A stretch of 64,000 bases of DNA, taken from contig OZ176057.1 of the NCBI GenBank assembly GCA_964247055.1, forward strand, positions 6,138,001 through 6,202,000, given 5' to 3'. Within the stretch, counting starts at the first letter, position 1, and the number at the start of each line of letters is the position of its first letter. Positions 37,706-52,138 of the stretch are shown in pieces. This DNA comes from Paragordius varius (taxonomy: Eukaryota > Animalia > Nematomorpha). The notes beneath the pieces were generated by a model. It ran no database searches, had not been told where the DNA came from, and saw only the letters and a program-made list of their open reading frames with translations. The translations under genes and the position numbers were made by a program.

Positions 37706-39434
37706 TTATTTTGAGCAATGTTTTTCGTGGATGTAAGGACCAACACAGCTGGCATACGACATGGCGTGATTTATGTAATGTTGTTCAAACGTTCCACTAA
37801 ACAAATGAGCATTCCGTCCTAAGCAATATCGTATTCGAATATAAGTACAGTAAAAAGTTAAATTATACGGACAGACAAAACGTAAAACATATGTATGTCT
37901 TTTTTTAAAAGACAACCATACTTTTTAAATTTTGATTTTTTGAAATATAAATCTGTTTAAAATTGCAAAAAACAAATAAGGTAATCCCTTAGTAAACAAC
38001 GACAGACATTATGAAACTTTAAATTATAAGGACAAACTTAAATACACTATGGTCAAGTTTATATTACTGGAAAGCTATAAATTATTGCCAAATAGCATAT
38101 GTAGCAAAGAGAATTATTTGATAGTAAAAAGTAAAAAAATAACTATAAGCCAATAATACTGCCCTTTGTTGTATATGTTATTTAGCAACAAAGTCAAATA
38201 GTTTTTTTAACAATATCTTTTTTTAGAACTGATTGTTTAAAGTGATATTTAAATGATAAATATTTTTTTACATATTTTTATATAATAAACTAATGTTAAA
38301 AGTATGGTGTTTTTCGAATAAAAATTGTCATTACATTTTTACCTTTTACCCGCATAATTTCAATTTTGCTTTATATCTATGTAACTCAACGATCTAAATA
38401 AGTTTTAAAAAAATTTAATAAATATTTTTATATTTTTTTCCTAAAACACTTTTATAGAAATGTTTAAATGAAAATTTTGTTTTATAAATACCTATTGCAT
38501 ATACAGGCACATCTTCGCCTCCATGACTTTCCTCACTTAAAGGTATAGCAGCTTGAGCTTGATAATCGGGATCATCTGATAAAAATTTATTAATACTAAA
38601 TTTAATAAAGTTTATATTCCTACAAAGTAAAATTCGACATATATTTTAGTGAAAATTTGAATTTTGTGATCTTTTTACGTTCAAAGATTATTAGTTATTA
38701 AAATTTATGTTTAAAATAATTTCCATTATGTTGAAGTACCAATTTATACTTTGTTTTACCAAAAGACAACCATATTAAATCTTAAAACTGTGTAATAACT
38801 CTTTTAGTATGTTTTGCCCTCTGAAATATAAATTTTATAAAAATTGTAACAGCAAAAATTAAAATTATAAAAATCAATCATAAATGCTAAAAGACAATTA
38901 ATTTTAGCCATACTTTTCTAACCCTCAATTTTATGATTAAGAAATATAGAAATGTATATTAGTGGCACAATCAATTACAGTGTGCATTTAAAAGATCGAA
39001 AAAAAAGAAAGAAATAATTGTTTATTCAACATTTAGTTACACTATTGTGGATATTGCCCCCAACTATAGAGCTGTGAAATAAGCAAGCATCATAATGCAT
39101 ACTGTATTTATTTACATTTTATTTACGTTATATTATCATAAAAAACTCTTTGTAAGAAACATATGTGTTTTTAGGTTTTGTCTTTATAACTTACAATTAT
39201 TTTTTTTTCAAATTAAATTTTAAGATTGAAATAAAGAATGTTGTATTATTATGGCAGTTACAAAACAACTTCATAGATGTAAAAAACCAATTTTTGTGTT
39301 TCTAACATCGGGCCTTTGGTTATATATTTTAGTGTTTAGCCCGCCAGGTCCGTTCCCATACGTTAGCGGTGTATAAGGCATATCATCTACATCCGATAAT
39401 TCAAATTCCCGCGTTAGATATTCTCGGTTTAAAC
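37706..39434 (-). CDS. ALP: Alkaline phosphatase, last three exons (39288-39434, 38492-38575, 37706-37818)
   Basis: Identical copy at +35575. The upstream exons sit at the other end of this contig. Confidence 0.88.
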
Positions 39435-39721
39435 CTAAAATTTAAGGTATTAAAAAAGCATGTCCTGTGAAAAGTCAATTTAAGGTTCTTTGTTAGGAAA
39501 TATTATAATAAAACATTTTAATATGTTAAAAACAGCAAATATTACATATTTATTAGAAGGATTAAATAACCAAATATTATAAGTATTCCATTCCGTTCCA
39601 AAAAAATTAAAAAAAAGAAAGGACTGATCTCATCAAAATCGGTTCTGGTTCCAATGCCTGAATATGTATTTATTCTTTTTCATTAAACATGTGATTATAT
39701 AGTACAGGGTATATAAAGCAA

Positions 39722-39921
39722 NNNNNNNNNNNNNNNNNNNNNNNNNNNNNNNNNNNNNNNNNNNNNNNNNNNNNNNNNNNNNNNNNNNNNNNNNNNNNNN
39801 NNNNNNNNNNNNNNNNNNNNNNNNNNNNNNNNNNNNNNNNNNNNNNNNNNNNNNNNNNNNNNNNNNNNNNNNNNNNNNNNNNNNNNNNNNNNNNNNNNNN
39901 NNNNNNNNNNNNNNNNNNNNN
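39722..39921. other. Assembly gap (200 N)
   Basis: Run of N. Confidence 0.99.
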
Positions 39922-41169
39922 TCTTTCAAACGAGCTCATTTTCCCCACCCTTGTAAAGGAGGATTTATTCCTCCCATTAGAGAGTCATTTGGCCCAAAAA
40001 CTCTCCACAAGTATAATGAGAGTTTGTTGTGCAATCATCCCCAATGAGATACTTGAGTGCGTCTTGCCATCCATCAGCTCCAGGCACGATTTGCCTTCTC
40101 CCCATCTGGACATTCCCAAGAGCTTCATCCCAACAGATCTCTCCTCCCCAATGTGCCAAAGTCCACCCAGACCTAAAAATTAAGATTACCTCGCAATTAG
40201 TAGGTTCCTCTTCCTGTGTCGCTCCATCAATCGTCCAGTCCCAAATCCCCAGCATTTGATCTGTCCAGGGCTTCTAGATTCCGTAATGTACGCTTTTCCC
40301 GCGGAGATCACACCTAAATGATAGATTTACCTCATAAAAGATCCCTTCGGTTCGTTCCTTGATTCGCGTAACAATCCATGGTTGATAGTCTTGATTCACG
40401 TCCCCATCCCTGGTTGCCATTGGAGAAGAAGGCCTAAAGCCTTCAAATTAGGTTTTTCAATCAGCATTTACATATAAATATTTTTCTGATTGCAATCATA
40501 GGTGCTCAAACCACTCAATAAATCCATATTATATGTACTCTGGTTTTCCAAATTGCAAATTACATAAACTGACAATTCTGTAAACACTTAAGCTTGTCCT
40601 TAGATCTTCTTTTTAATTAATTTTGATTTTCTTTATTAGCTCAATTCTATGTTATATGCTCTCTTTAACTATTAAATCAGCGGAATTGGTTGGAATATGC
40701 TAATATATTTTATATGGGGTGCTATATAATTAATGTATTGCCTGCATAAATATGATATATTAAATTTTGCACATGGAACGCACAAGTTCATTTAATTCAT
40801 CTGGTTATCACTCCGATTATACCGATGTCATTGTCAATTCAAAGTTATTCCACGGAAATCTTAGCCTTCTTAATAATGAAAAAATATTTGGAAATTCTAT
40901 TATCAAATACATAATAAATGGATATCATGTCATTTTACTTCAAAATTTTAAATTATTCCTAAGATGTGGGATATATAATTTGCCAGAAACACCAATTATG
41001 CTAAAATATTGTTGAGCAAATCGCTGATTTTGGCTTACAAACTTGCACAGTATATTAAATTATAAATTTAATTTAGGTTGACGTGTGCATAGATGCTTTT
41101 GAAAATTTGAGGAGGGTATATTATTAACTGTGCAAAATATTTGTAATATTCCCCCTCACTGTAACACAG

Positions 41170-44100
41170 GCTTGTTTGCCCACGATCTCATGAGTTACGT
41201 ATCGAAAAAAGAGGCGAGTAGTTCTGAACCGACTTTGCTTGAAATGGTCACCAAAGCAGTTGACATTTTATCCAACAAAGACGACGCCGGATATTTTTTA
41301 TTGGTCGAAGGTATATATGATATATCGATAATTTTCATTTAATTTTAAAAATTTAAACCGTATATCTGAAAATATAACTTTTGTTTTTTTAAAATATATT
41401 GATTGTTTTATTTTTAAATATTTTTTTATTTAATGGTTTATTTTAATTGTTCAAGTAATAGTGTACACCAAACTGTGACTTATTAAATAATCATTACAAT
41501 ACAAATTATCAACACATATTAGCAAAAAACAATAGGAACCAAAACAAAAAATTAATTTGCTTGGGTTTGAAATAGGAGCATTTATTATTTTTAGCCCTTT
41601 TCGTTCTTAATTATTATATCTATTTTGTAATTTAAAATAAATTAGCTATAAAATCAAAAAAATACTATTATTTTCCATATACAATAAGTTAGCCAAAATA
41701 AAATTATTTTTAGCAATTTTTTCAATTCGACTCCTTGAAATTTTGGCTATTATTCAAAGGATAAATAGGTCAAGATCGCTATACTGCTTTAAATGCGCAA
41801 ATTATGAAATAGGTTGATAATTAACACAATATATTTCATAGTTAATTAAAAAATAGTTTATATAGAATAAAAGTTGTAAAAAGTATGGTTGTTGTCTTTT
41901 AAATAATTATTTGTCTTTTTGTTTGTATAACTTTATTTAAAAGTTTCAATCTTATTTTAAACTACCAGGAAGTCGCATAGATCACGCACATCATGAAGGG
42001 AAGGCCAGACTAGCTTTGGAAGAAACGCTAGAGTTGGAAAAAGTTGTTTCTTACCTCGTGGATCGAACTCAAAAATCAGCTGATCTGGATGAAGAAAATA
42101 AGACAGCTGATGAATCTGAAACGTTAATTATAGTAACAGCTGACCATTCACACGTGTTTAATCTTGGGGGCTATCCGTTAAGGGGAAACCCTATTTTTGG
42201 TTAGTATTTATTAAAAATTTTGCTTTATATACCCTGTACTATATAATCACATGTTTAATGAAAAAGAATAAATACATATTCAGGCATTGGAACCAGAACC
42301 GATTTTGATGAGATCAGTCCTTTCTTTTTTTTAATTTTTTTGGAACGGAATGGAATACTTATAATATTTGGTTATTTAATCCTTCTAATAAATATGTAAT
42401 ATTTGCTGTTTTTAACATATTAAAATGTTTTATTATAATATTTCCTAACAAAGAACCTTAAATTGACTTTTCACAGGACATGCTTTTTTAATACCTTAAA
42501 TTTTAGGTTTAAACCGAGAATATCTAACGCGGGAATTTGAATTATCGGATGTAGATGATATGCCTTATACACCGCTAACGTATGGGAACGGACCTGGCGG
42601 GCTAAACACTAAAATATATAACCAAAGGCCCGATGTTAGAAACACAAAAATTGGTTTTTTACATCTATGAAGTTGTTTTGTAACTGCCATAATAATACAA
42701 CATTCTTTATTTCAATCTTAAAATTTAATTTGAAAAAAAAATAATTGTAAGTTATAAAGACAAAACCTAAAAACACATATGTTTCTTACAAAGAGTTTTT
42801 TATGATAATATAACGTAAATAAAATGTAAATAAATACAGTATGCATTATGATGCTTGCTTATTTCACAGCTCTATAGTTGGGGGCAATATCCACAATAGT
42901 GTAACTAAATGTTGAATAAACAATTATTTCTTTCTTTTTTTTCGATCTTTTAAATGCACACTGTAATTGATTGTGCCACTAATATACATTTCTATATTTC
43001 TTAATCATAAAATTGAGGGTTAGAAAAGTATGGCTAAAATTAATTGTCTTTTAGCATTTATGATTGATTTTTATAATTTTAATTTTTGCTGTTACAATTT
43101 TTATAAAATTTATATTTCAGAGGGCAAAACATACTAAAAGAGTTATTACACAGTTTTAAGATTTAATATGGTTGTCTTTTGGTAAAACAAAGTATAAATT
43201 GGTACTTCAACATAATGGAAATTATTTTAAACATAAATTTTAATAACTAATAATCTTTGAACGTAAAAAGATCACAAAATTCAAATTTTCACTAAAATAT
43301 ATGTCGAATTTTACTTTGTAGGAATATAAACTTTATTAAATTTAGTATTAATAAATTTTTATCAGATGATCCCGATTATCAAGCTCAAGCTGCTATACCT
43401 TTAAGTGAGGAAAGTCATGGAGGCGAAGATGTGCCTGTATATGCAATAGGTATTTATAAAACAAAATTTTCATTTAAACATTTCTATAAAAGTGTTTTAG
43501 GAAAAAAATATAAAAATATTTATTAAATTTTTTTAAAACTTATTTAGATCGTTGAGTTACATAGATATAAAGCAAAATTGAAATTATGCGGGTAAAAGGT
43601 AAAAATGTAATGACAATTTTTATTCGAAAAACACCATACTTTTAACATTAGTTTATTATATAAAAATATGTAAAAAAATATTTATCATTTAAATATCACT
43701 TTAAACAATCAGTTCTAAAAAAAGATATTGTTAAAAAAACTATTTGACTTTGTTGCTAAATAACATATACAACAAAGGGCAGTATTATTGGCTTATAGTT
43801 ATTTTTTTACTTTTTACTATCAAATAATTCTCTTTGCTACATATGCTATTTGGCAATAATTTATAGCTTTCCAGTAATATAAACTTGACCATAGTGTATT
43901 TAAGTTTGTCCTTATAATTTAAAGTTTCATAATGTCTGTCGTTGTTTACTAAGGGATTACCTTATTTGTTTTTTGCAATTTTAAACAGATTTATATTTCA
44001 AAAAATCAAAATTTAAAAAGTATGGTTGTCTTTTAAAAAAAGACATACATATGTTTTACGTTTTGTCTGTCCGTATAATTTAACTTTTTACTGTACTTAT

Positions 44101-44235
44101 ATTCGAATACGATATTGCTTAGGACGGAATGCTCATTTGTTTAGTGGAACGTTTGAACAACATTACATAAATCACGCCATGTCGTATGCCAGCTGTGTTG
44201 GTCCTTACATCCACGAAAAACATTGCTCAAAATAA
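41170..44235 (+). CDS. ALP: Alkaline phosphatase, five 3' exons (41170-41310, 41969-42199, 42507-42653, 43366-43449, 44123-44235)
   Basis: Inverted copy. Splice sites read directly: cacag|GCTTG, GAAG|gtatat, ccag|GAAGT, TTTG|gttagt, ttag|GTTTA, ATTG|gttttt, tcag|ATGAT, ATAG|gtattt, ttag|GACGG ... TAA. Confidence 0.9.
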
Positions 44236-44702
44236 TTTATTTTATTTTTTATTTTTTTCAAACACACCAAAATTATAAATTTCTTAGCTTTTTTGTGCTA
44301 TTATATAGTTTATATAAATCAATATATCATTTATTAAAATATTATGAATAAATTGCAAAAGTGTTATATTTGGGTAACAATTCTAGTTAATATTTACATT
44401 CAATTCTTTGGCAAAAAAATTTTAGTGTCCATATAATATAAGATCATAGTAATATTGTAAAATATGATTTGATACTCAAATAGCTGTTTAATATATCAAA
44501 ACAATAAAAGTTTTTAAGGTTTGTGATAATCTTAACAACTAATAAAACATTAGTTTACAAATATCATATGCGTATAAAATGGCCTTTATTTTAACATAAT
44601 TCTTTTGAATTGATAGATATATGCATGAAGTAAACGCTTAAAAATTACAAGTTCCAATCAAATCTTAAGGACTAGACCGGTCCTAAAAACAAAGTTAAAA
44701 CA

Positions 44703-45461
44703 CTATTTTTTGCCCTTCTTCTTATTATCAGGCGAGGCTTTATCTTTTTTCTTTTGTTTGTCTTTGGAATCACTTGCGGGTGCCGGAGATTGTGATTCAT
44801 CCCGTTTTCCACTTTTAGAGGTTTTTTTATCTTTTTTGGTTCCAGACGACGAGGATTTTGTCAAATCTTTCGTTTTACTTGATTTTTTGTCTGTTGTCCC
44901 TGATGCACTAATTTTAATGCCACTTTCTTTTTTCTTGGCTTTTTTGTCTACTAAATATGTAAATGATTTAGGGTAAATTATATTGTTAATCAGTCTAATT
45001 AGTATCCATCATAGTATGTTGCAAAGCAAGGGAATAGTGACGAAACTTTTTAACATAAAAGATACCAATTTCAGATCCTTTTAACCATGAATTGTAACTT
45101 TCGTAAAAACTCTCCTTACAAAAATTTTATTTTATTCAAAAATTTTATTGAAACTTACAAAAAACCCCTTTATACAGACATATATTCTTATTGGACTAGC
45201 AAACACAGCATGTAAAATAAATCTACTAAGATTTTAGATGAACACAAATTCCATATAAATCCATACCATCAATGTCATGTTTTGAGCTTTTTTTGGAGGT
45301 TCCCTTATCATCGCCTCTACTCTTTGATTTGTGATGACTGCTTCCTTTTTTACGCTTTTTTTCATCATCGGAATCACGAGATTCATTAGGTGGCGTGTTT
45401 AATTCTGGGGTCGTCGTACTACCTCCTGGACTGCTTGAGGGGACTGGCTGATAACCTGTAC
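44703..45461 (-). CDS. Lys/Ser-rich gene 3' exons, inverted copy (45267-45461, 44703-44950)
   Basis: Reverse complement of 905-1663. Confidence 0.8.
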
Positions 45462-48400
45462 CTAGGGCAAAAGCAATTTGGTTTTATATTAAGGTAAATT
45501 TTATATCTAAGTAAATTTTTTGGAATATTGCTAAATTTCTGCCATAGTTTCAAAATTTTATAGGTTAGTTATATTTTTTTACATAAAATAAAGTTTAATA
45601 TCAAAGCCGATTATTAGCAACATAATTTGAAATGAAAGAATGTATGTTAACGCATAATACGACTTCAGGCATCTCTCGTGATCAAGTTTTATAATAAAAT
45701 AAACTGCTAAATGGACTTTAATAATGATTTTGATTTGCAAAAACCGTTTAGTACTGAAATCAGTAGCTTGATACAAAAAATGAAGCAAAAATGAGCATGG
45801 AACACTATGATACCCTAAATGGAACCGTGAAAGCAATAACATAGTTTAAAAAAATTCATCTAAAAAATATTTGCAATATTGATTTATGACTTGTGTGATA
45901 AATAAATTATTCAGAGTGTCCATAAACGTTTTAAGTTCTTTAGACACTCTAAGTTGTTACACTTTAAGTTGGTCCTTTAACACTTCGGTCCTTAAACACT
46001 TCAAGTTGGTCCTTAAACACCTCAAGTTAATCCTTAAAATTTTTAAATTTTGTATTAACCATAATTTTTGGATGTAGGTTTTATTTTATTAATTTTTAAC
46101 CTAATTCTGTTTATTTATTATATATTTATTCATTTAAAAAAAATAATTTATTCAAAAACCACTTTTTTAATGAAATAATTTTTTCCAATCCAACAAAATT
46201 ATAACTTAACATGTTTTCAATGAAAAATTGTAATAATAAACCAGAAACTTATATATAATTAGTCGTTAAAATCTTATAAATTCCAAATAATTTTAGGGAA
46301 TTAATAAAGATTAACTTGCTTAATCATGAAGTTGATATTGATTTAAAATTTAAAATAAAAAATAAGTTAAAAACGATAAAATTGAATGATGTCCGAGTGG
46401 AAGATAAAAGTTAAAAACAAAACAAAAAAGTCAAAGGACAAACCTGAAGTGTTCAAGGACACTCTTAAAGTGCAATATATCCCACCATATCTACCCGCAT
46501 ACAGTTCGATAAGGTAATCAAAACTACAAAAAGTAATAAACTTTGCCACAGTAAATAAAGGTATATTTTAAATCTTCAAAGTTAACAAACTTGAACACAT
46601 TTAAAAATTTTATTTTAAATATTATTTGAATAATACCTTTTTTATTCTTTTTCCGTTTGCGCACAATATCACAAATCTTTTCATCCTTGGCCAACATTTG
46701 AATAAATCTGTTTAATATCTTCATCGAGTAGGAATGAAGGCAAATTCAATAGCCAAAATTTGAAAAAGGCCTATGTAATGAGACTAAAGAATAATGTAAT
46801 GACATTGTTTGCCAGCAACATTGTCGCAAAAACGGGGAGGAAGCCTTGTTTTGATTATATATGTTCGTTCCTATGATTTCCTACACAGATATATAGAGAA
46901 AAAACAGGAAATGATAAAAAAGGATTTAATTAGAAATAATGTTGGTTTGTTAAGGAAGTGAATTAGACAAATATGTGAAATATTTATCAGCAAAATCGTT
47001 ACATATACAGTAAATATTAAAAAATACACGGAAAATACGTTATAAAATATAAAAACTATTTTTTTTTACAAATGGCAACCATATTTGCAAACTTAAAAGA
47101 TTTTTCAAAAAATTTTAAACATTTTCAATTGCAAAATAAGGGGTAGATATATTGATTGTCATTAAAGTTTACAAAGGTCAAAATTGTAAAAACAAAAATA
47201 ACATTTATATTTGCTACATACTGCAAGATCCAAATATTACGCTTAACTTCCATATTTGATACGGAATCAGGCCCACATTTGCTTTTCGAATAAAGTTGAA
47301 GTTTTAGTTTGTTCAATTCGTAAATCCATTGAAAACTGTAAAATATTTTCAACTAAACGACGCATTCTAAATGCCATAACTTTTTCGAAACAAAGTAAAC
47401 ATATAATGAACCATTCTGCCCGAAAGAGTAATTTTGTATTGTGAAGCAAATTTTTGAATTTATGTATGTATGAATACCACCTAGCATAAAAGAAATTAAT
47501 TTGGATTAAAAAATTTGGACTTAAATAAAATTAGCTTATATCGTTAATGTTGATGTTTAAATATAATTTATGTAGTATGGCAAAAATATTTTTGACTCCA
47601 ATAAAGATGAGAATATAAATAAATTTTTTTAATATGGATATTTTATATTTAAATTGTATTGATGCCTCTTATATATTACATCATGGGTAATTATATCTGT
47701 GAAGGTCTGATAACTCATTCATATATATATATATATATATGGGTAAATATTATTATGATTTCAAGGTTATTTGCTTACCAATATTAATCACTATTATACC
47801 AAAATAAAATAATAAAAGCTTTAAATAATTATATATTCATAAAATTATATAATATATATATATATGCAAGTTGACCAGATCCTCATTTTTTAATCTTTAT
47901 TATATATATTGAGAGTATTAACACCGATATTTACAATCCTTAAAATTAAATATTTTGACCTAAATTTTAATACTTTATTGCTTTACAAGTCTTCTTTTGA
48001 ACCTAAAACAATTGCAATACCTTACATAGAGCTGAACTTTCAATATTGATTTTGTTCTACTACTATTATCTGAAAAATTTATTTTAAACTATTTCGAATT
48101 TTTATTTGTGATAAAAATACTATATTATAACCAATTTTTTGGTTTCATAAATGGTTTTGTTAGGAATAATATCCTTGTTTGATAAAATTAATTTTTGTAT
48201 TTGTATATGAGCGATGTTATAGTGATTTTAATTAAATTTAAATCTAAAACAACAACGGATGTTCTTAGCCTGTTTCGCAGCCCGAAGAAGTCCTGCGGAC
48301 TTTTTTAGATAAATGAACCAACTCTAATATCTAACCTAACCTTAGCTTACAAATAAAATTTCTATGAATCTTATTTGACGCCAAAAACATATAAATAAAT

Positions 48401-51400
48401 CTTGCACATATATTAATGATTAAATATAATTTCCTTATTTAACATTTTATTCTTGACACCATGTAACTTAGAGCAATGCACAATTTTTCCTGCAGAAACC
48501 TAAAATTTTTAATAATTAAACTTATAATGCCATGAATATACAATTAAAAAAGAAATAATTTTTGAATTTAGCTATGTTTATCATTAATTTCCTATTTTTA
48601 AATTTAAGTGGTCTAGTTTGGACAAAGCATTCTAGTTTTAAATAGTAATTAATTTTTAATTTTTTAAAAAAACATCTAAAAATAATATAAGATTTGTTGG
48701 AAAAGTTTTATTTATTTGAAAATCAATATATAATTAGCAGAATACTTGCCAATAATTTTTAGCCAACACATTTTCATTAAAGTAGATAAAAATTATATAA
48801 CTATGCCTAAACTATATAATATATATATTAAGATTTGGATAATAAAAATTAAATGTAAACATTATGTAATCTTTGTAATTCCTTATAGCTTAATGTATCC
48901 AATGCTCTTTACACCGATCTCTAATTATTTCCTAAAACAATTCAACATATTTTACCTATCTCTCTATTATAAATAATGTTAAAATGATATTTTTATATTC
49001 AAGTACATAATTATCCACCATAAATATAAGGTATAAGTAAAAAGAAAATGCGTGGGTCTCGGCCTGCTACGCAGCCCGAGGAAGTCCTGCGGACTTCTTT
49101 AAGGAAATGAACCAACTCCAATCCCTCACCCTAACCCTAGCCCACAAACTCGAAACCTTACATAAACTAAGGATTGAAATAATTTACATTTTTTACCATA
49201 TAACCAAATATTTTTATTGGTTTTTTAAATCGTAGTAAAGAATTTGAAATGCCTATTGTTTTAAAATAAGATTTATATTCAGCTTTTTCAGCTAACGGGA
49301 ACTAATTATTAAAAAAGTTGAGGAATTTATTGATATTTTTATCCAACATTGATATCGTGTTTTAGTTAGTTCATGTTATTGTCGTGTGGTTATACATAAT
49401 TATTAAATGAAGAAACTCTTTTGATTGATTTTTGAAAGATTAGTTAATATTTAACCTAAACTGTTGATTCCTGTTTAATTCTAAAGACATTTTCGCATGA
49501 ACGATGTTTTAATTTTAAATAAAATTGTTAGGATTCAACCATTTCTCAATTGAGAATTATTACACTTTTAAAGGTTATTGAATGTTAAGTTAGCCATTCC
49601 CAGATATTCTGTATCGTTCTATGCTATAAAAAAAGTTTAAATTTTGGTTTAATACAGATAACTCTTAATGAAAAACAGATTTTCAGCTTTCTGTTTAAAA
49701 ACTGAAACCAAACTTCTTACCTTAACCCTTATCCCCACAGGACATAACTTATTTTCAATCTTATTTACATATTTTTTTAATTGAATTAAAACAGAATAAT
49801 AACTTATATTTGATTGATTCCCATTTTAAAATTAATATATATATTAGTATAAATTAATAGAGAATTATCATATATTGGTAATTATCGTAAGCACACTTTA
49901 AATATCTTTTACCTAAATAAACTATCTGTGATGATTGATTTTAATGAAATGGAAATCCAAAAAAATCAGAGCTCTTGTTGTTGAAAGCTTATTATATGAT
50001 GTATTTGATTTTAACATTAAATTGATATTAGTTGATTGCACAAAGCATAAAATTAAAATAATTATAAATCTTTTAGATAATAATCTATAAACTTTTTAAA
50101 AACCATCTGCGTTATTTTAGAAAAAAAATTCCAAGATCACTAAATTATGAACCAATATATTAATCAAATTACACAGGTTAAAACTTAAATACCTCTATTA
50201 AAATTTGTTATTTTAATATTGAAACAAATTAGATTAATTAATTAATTAATTAATTTTTGATGATATTAGCCATTTGTGTAATCAAACATTCAAGTATGAA
50301 AATAAATTTAAATTTATCATTTATTATTAATAGAGAGAGGGAGATTGTTAAAATATTATTGCCATATTTTTTTAACATATTTTTCTCTGAATACGATTTA
50401 CATTCTTTATAGGCGCCAGCCAAATAACATTATTATTGTAATAATGAAAAAAGATTTATTTATATATATATGATGGATGGATGGATGCTATATTATAATG
50501 TAATATGTTTTATTGGAATGTGCACATGGGGGGGAGAGGGAATAATAAAATAGAGGCGCCCAAACAATGTTAATGCGCAGTAAAGAAAGGGAGGGAATAA
50601 GTAATATAATACATAATAGGAATAATAAGAGAGGGAAACGAAAGATATGTGAAGAAACATTTTTCCAGAAGGGGGGAGAAAAAGGCGCAAATGCACACAT
50701 TAATTTGATTGGATAAAAAGATTACATATACATTTCGGCCTATATAAAGGGCGAAAATTTTACTTTTTTTGATTTATTTAATTTTTTTTTCCTCGCACAT
50801 TTTTTGAGATCCTGTGGATAGATTGGGTGCATATGCAACTTCCCTTTGCTATACAATGTATTGCCATTACTATCTATATAAAGTAAATTGTTTTTATTTA
50901 ATTATTAGAATACTACCATTGTTAATTGAAAAAAAAGGAAACTGTCCAACCTAATCCTAGAAACAATGTACAATATAACCACCAATTAAAAGACAAATTA
51001 TTGCAAACATGGTTGATATTATACGACTGAAATGATGGGAAAATTCGTTCCAATAAAATTGTAATCATCAAACAATATATGTAAGTTTTGCATGTTTTAT
51101 ATATATATATACAGTATAATTACAAATGCATTGCTGGGTTTGCATTAAAATATTGTCAGATACGATTGATAGTAAAGAACATTTATTGACTTCAACAAGA
51201 AGAATCTTTTCTTGCTATTAGCCTATAATTTAATTGAGAATTCTATCTGGCAAATACATTAACACAAACCCAGTAATATTTTTTTAATTATACTGTAATT
51301 TTCCATTTTTTTTAAAAAAATAAATACATGTTTAATTACTATAGTAATATATTGCTAACAAGTGGGTTTCTTGATCTTTTATAATTTATTTTTTTTTCAT

Positions 51401-52138
51401 TTGTTTAAGGAAGATGAAATAAATAGAAAGGTGAACATTTGTTAAAATTATTTAGATGCTTGCCTGTTTTGAAATCTAAAATATCCTTGCAATTTAAAAT
51501 AATTTTACATATTTAGCACTTGGTAAAATATTTTTGTATTGAATTTTTTTCTCTAAAATCATGTAAAAAAATTTTGATAAGGGAGAGGAAATGTTAACAT
51601 ATAAAGGTGTACGTACTTATGTTGTTATTGTGCATGCTTGTCCTATAAAATTTAATTTCTTAACAAATAAATTCATATTATATGGCTTCGCGGGCCGCAT
51701 TAACTAAAATTTTATTAGATATAAAAAATGATGCTGTAGAAACCACTATTTTATTATCATTTTTTGGGAAATTGTCAAAATTCCTTAAAATTCCGTTCAG
51801 AAATTTGTTTAAGATAGTGAATTTCCCTTAAATTTTCTTAAAACTCGTGCAGTCTCAATATTTTGGAGAGCAGCGTGTTGGCCACCTCTCCTCTAAAAAA
51901 TTCCTAGTATTTAAATATGCACAACAAATTGGTTTCTTGGGATTTTCTGACGTTTATTCATTGATATAACGCCTTCTTTTCATGTCTTCTATTTTTTCAT
52001 GCATAAAACTTCTTAAGGTAGTTTAAAAAATAATAAAAATGGTTTTAAAGTTTCGCAAATATATACTAAAATTATTAAAAACTGTTAAAAGTTTGTTAAA
52101 AAAAGTGAGAAATTGTTTAAAAATCAATTAGAAGTTAT

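Larger units (their letters stand above)
20330..39721 (+). repeat. Contig equal to one circularly permuted unit (U4148-19393 + U1-4146)
   Basis: Offset is +16182 up to 35575 and +35575 after it. The two ends meet inside the AAAA run at U4145-4148; length 19,392 bp. Confidence 0.95.
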
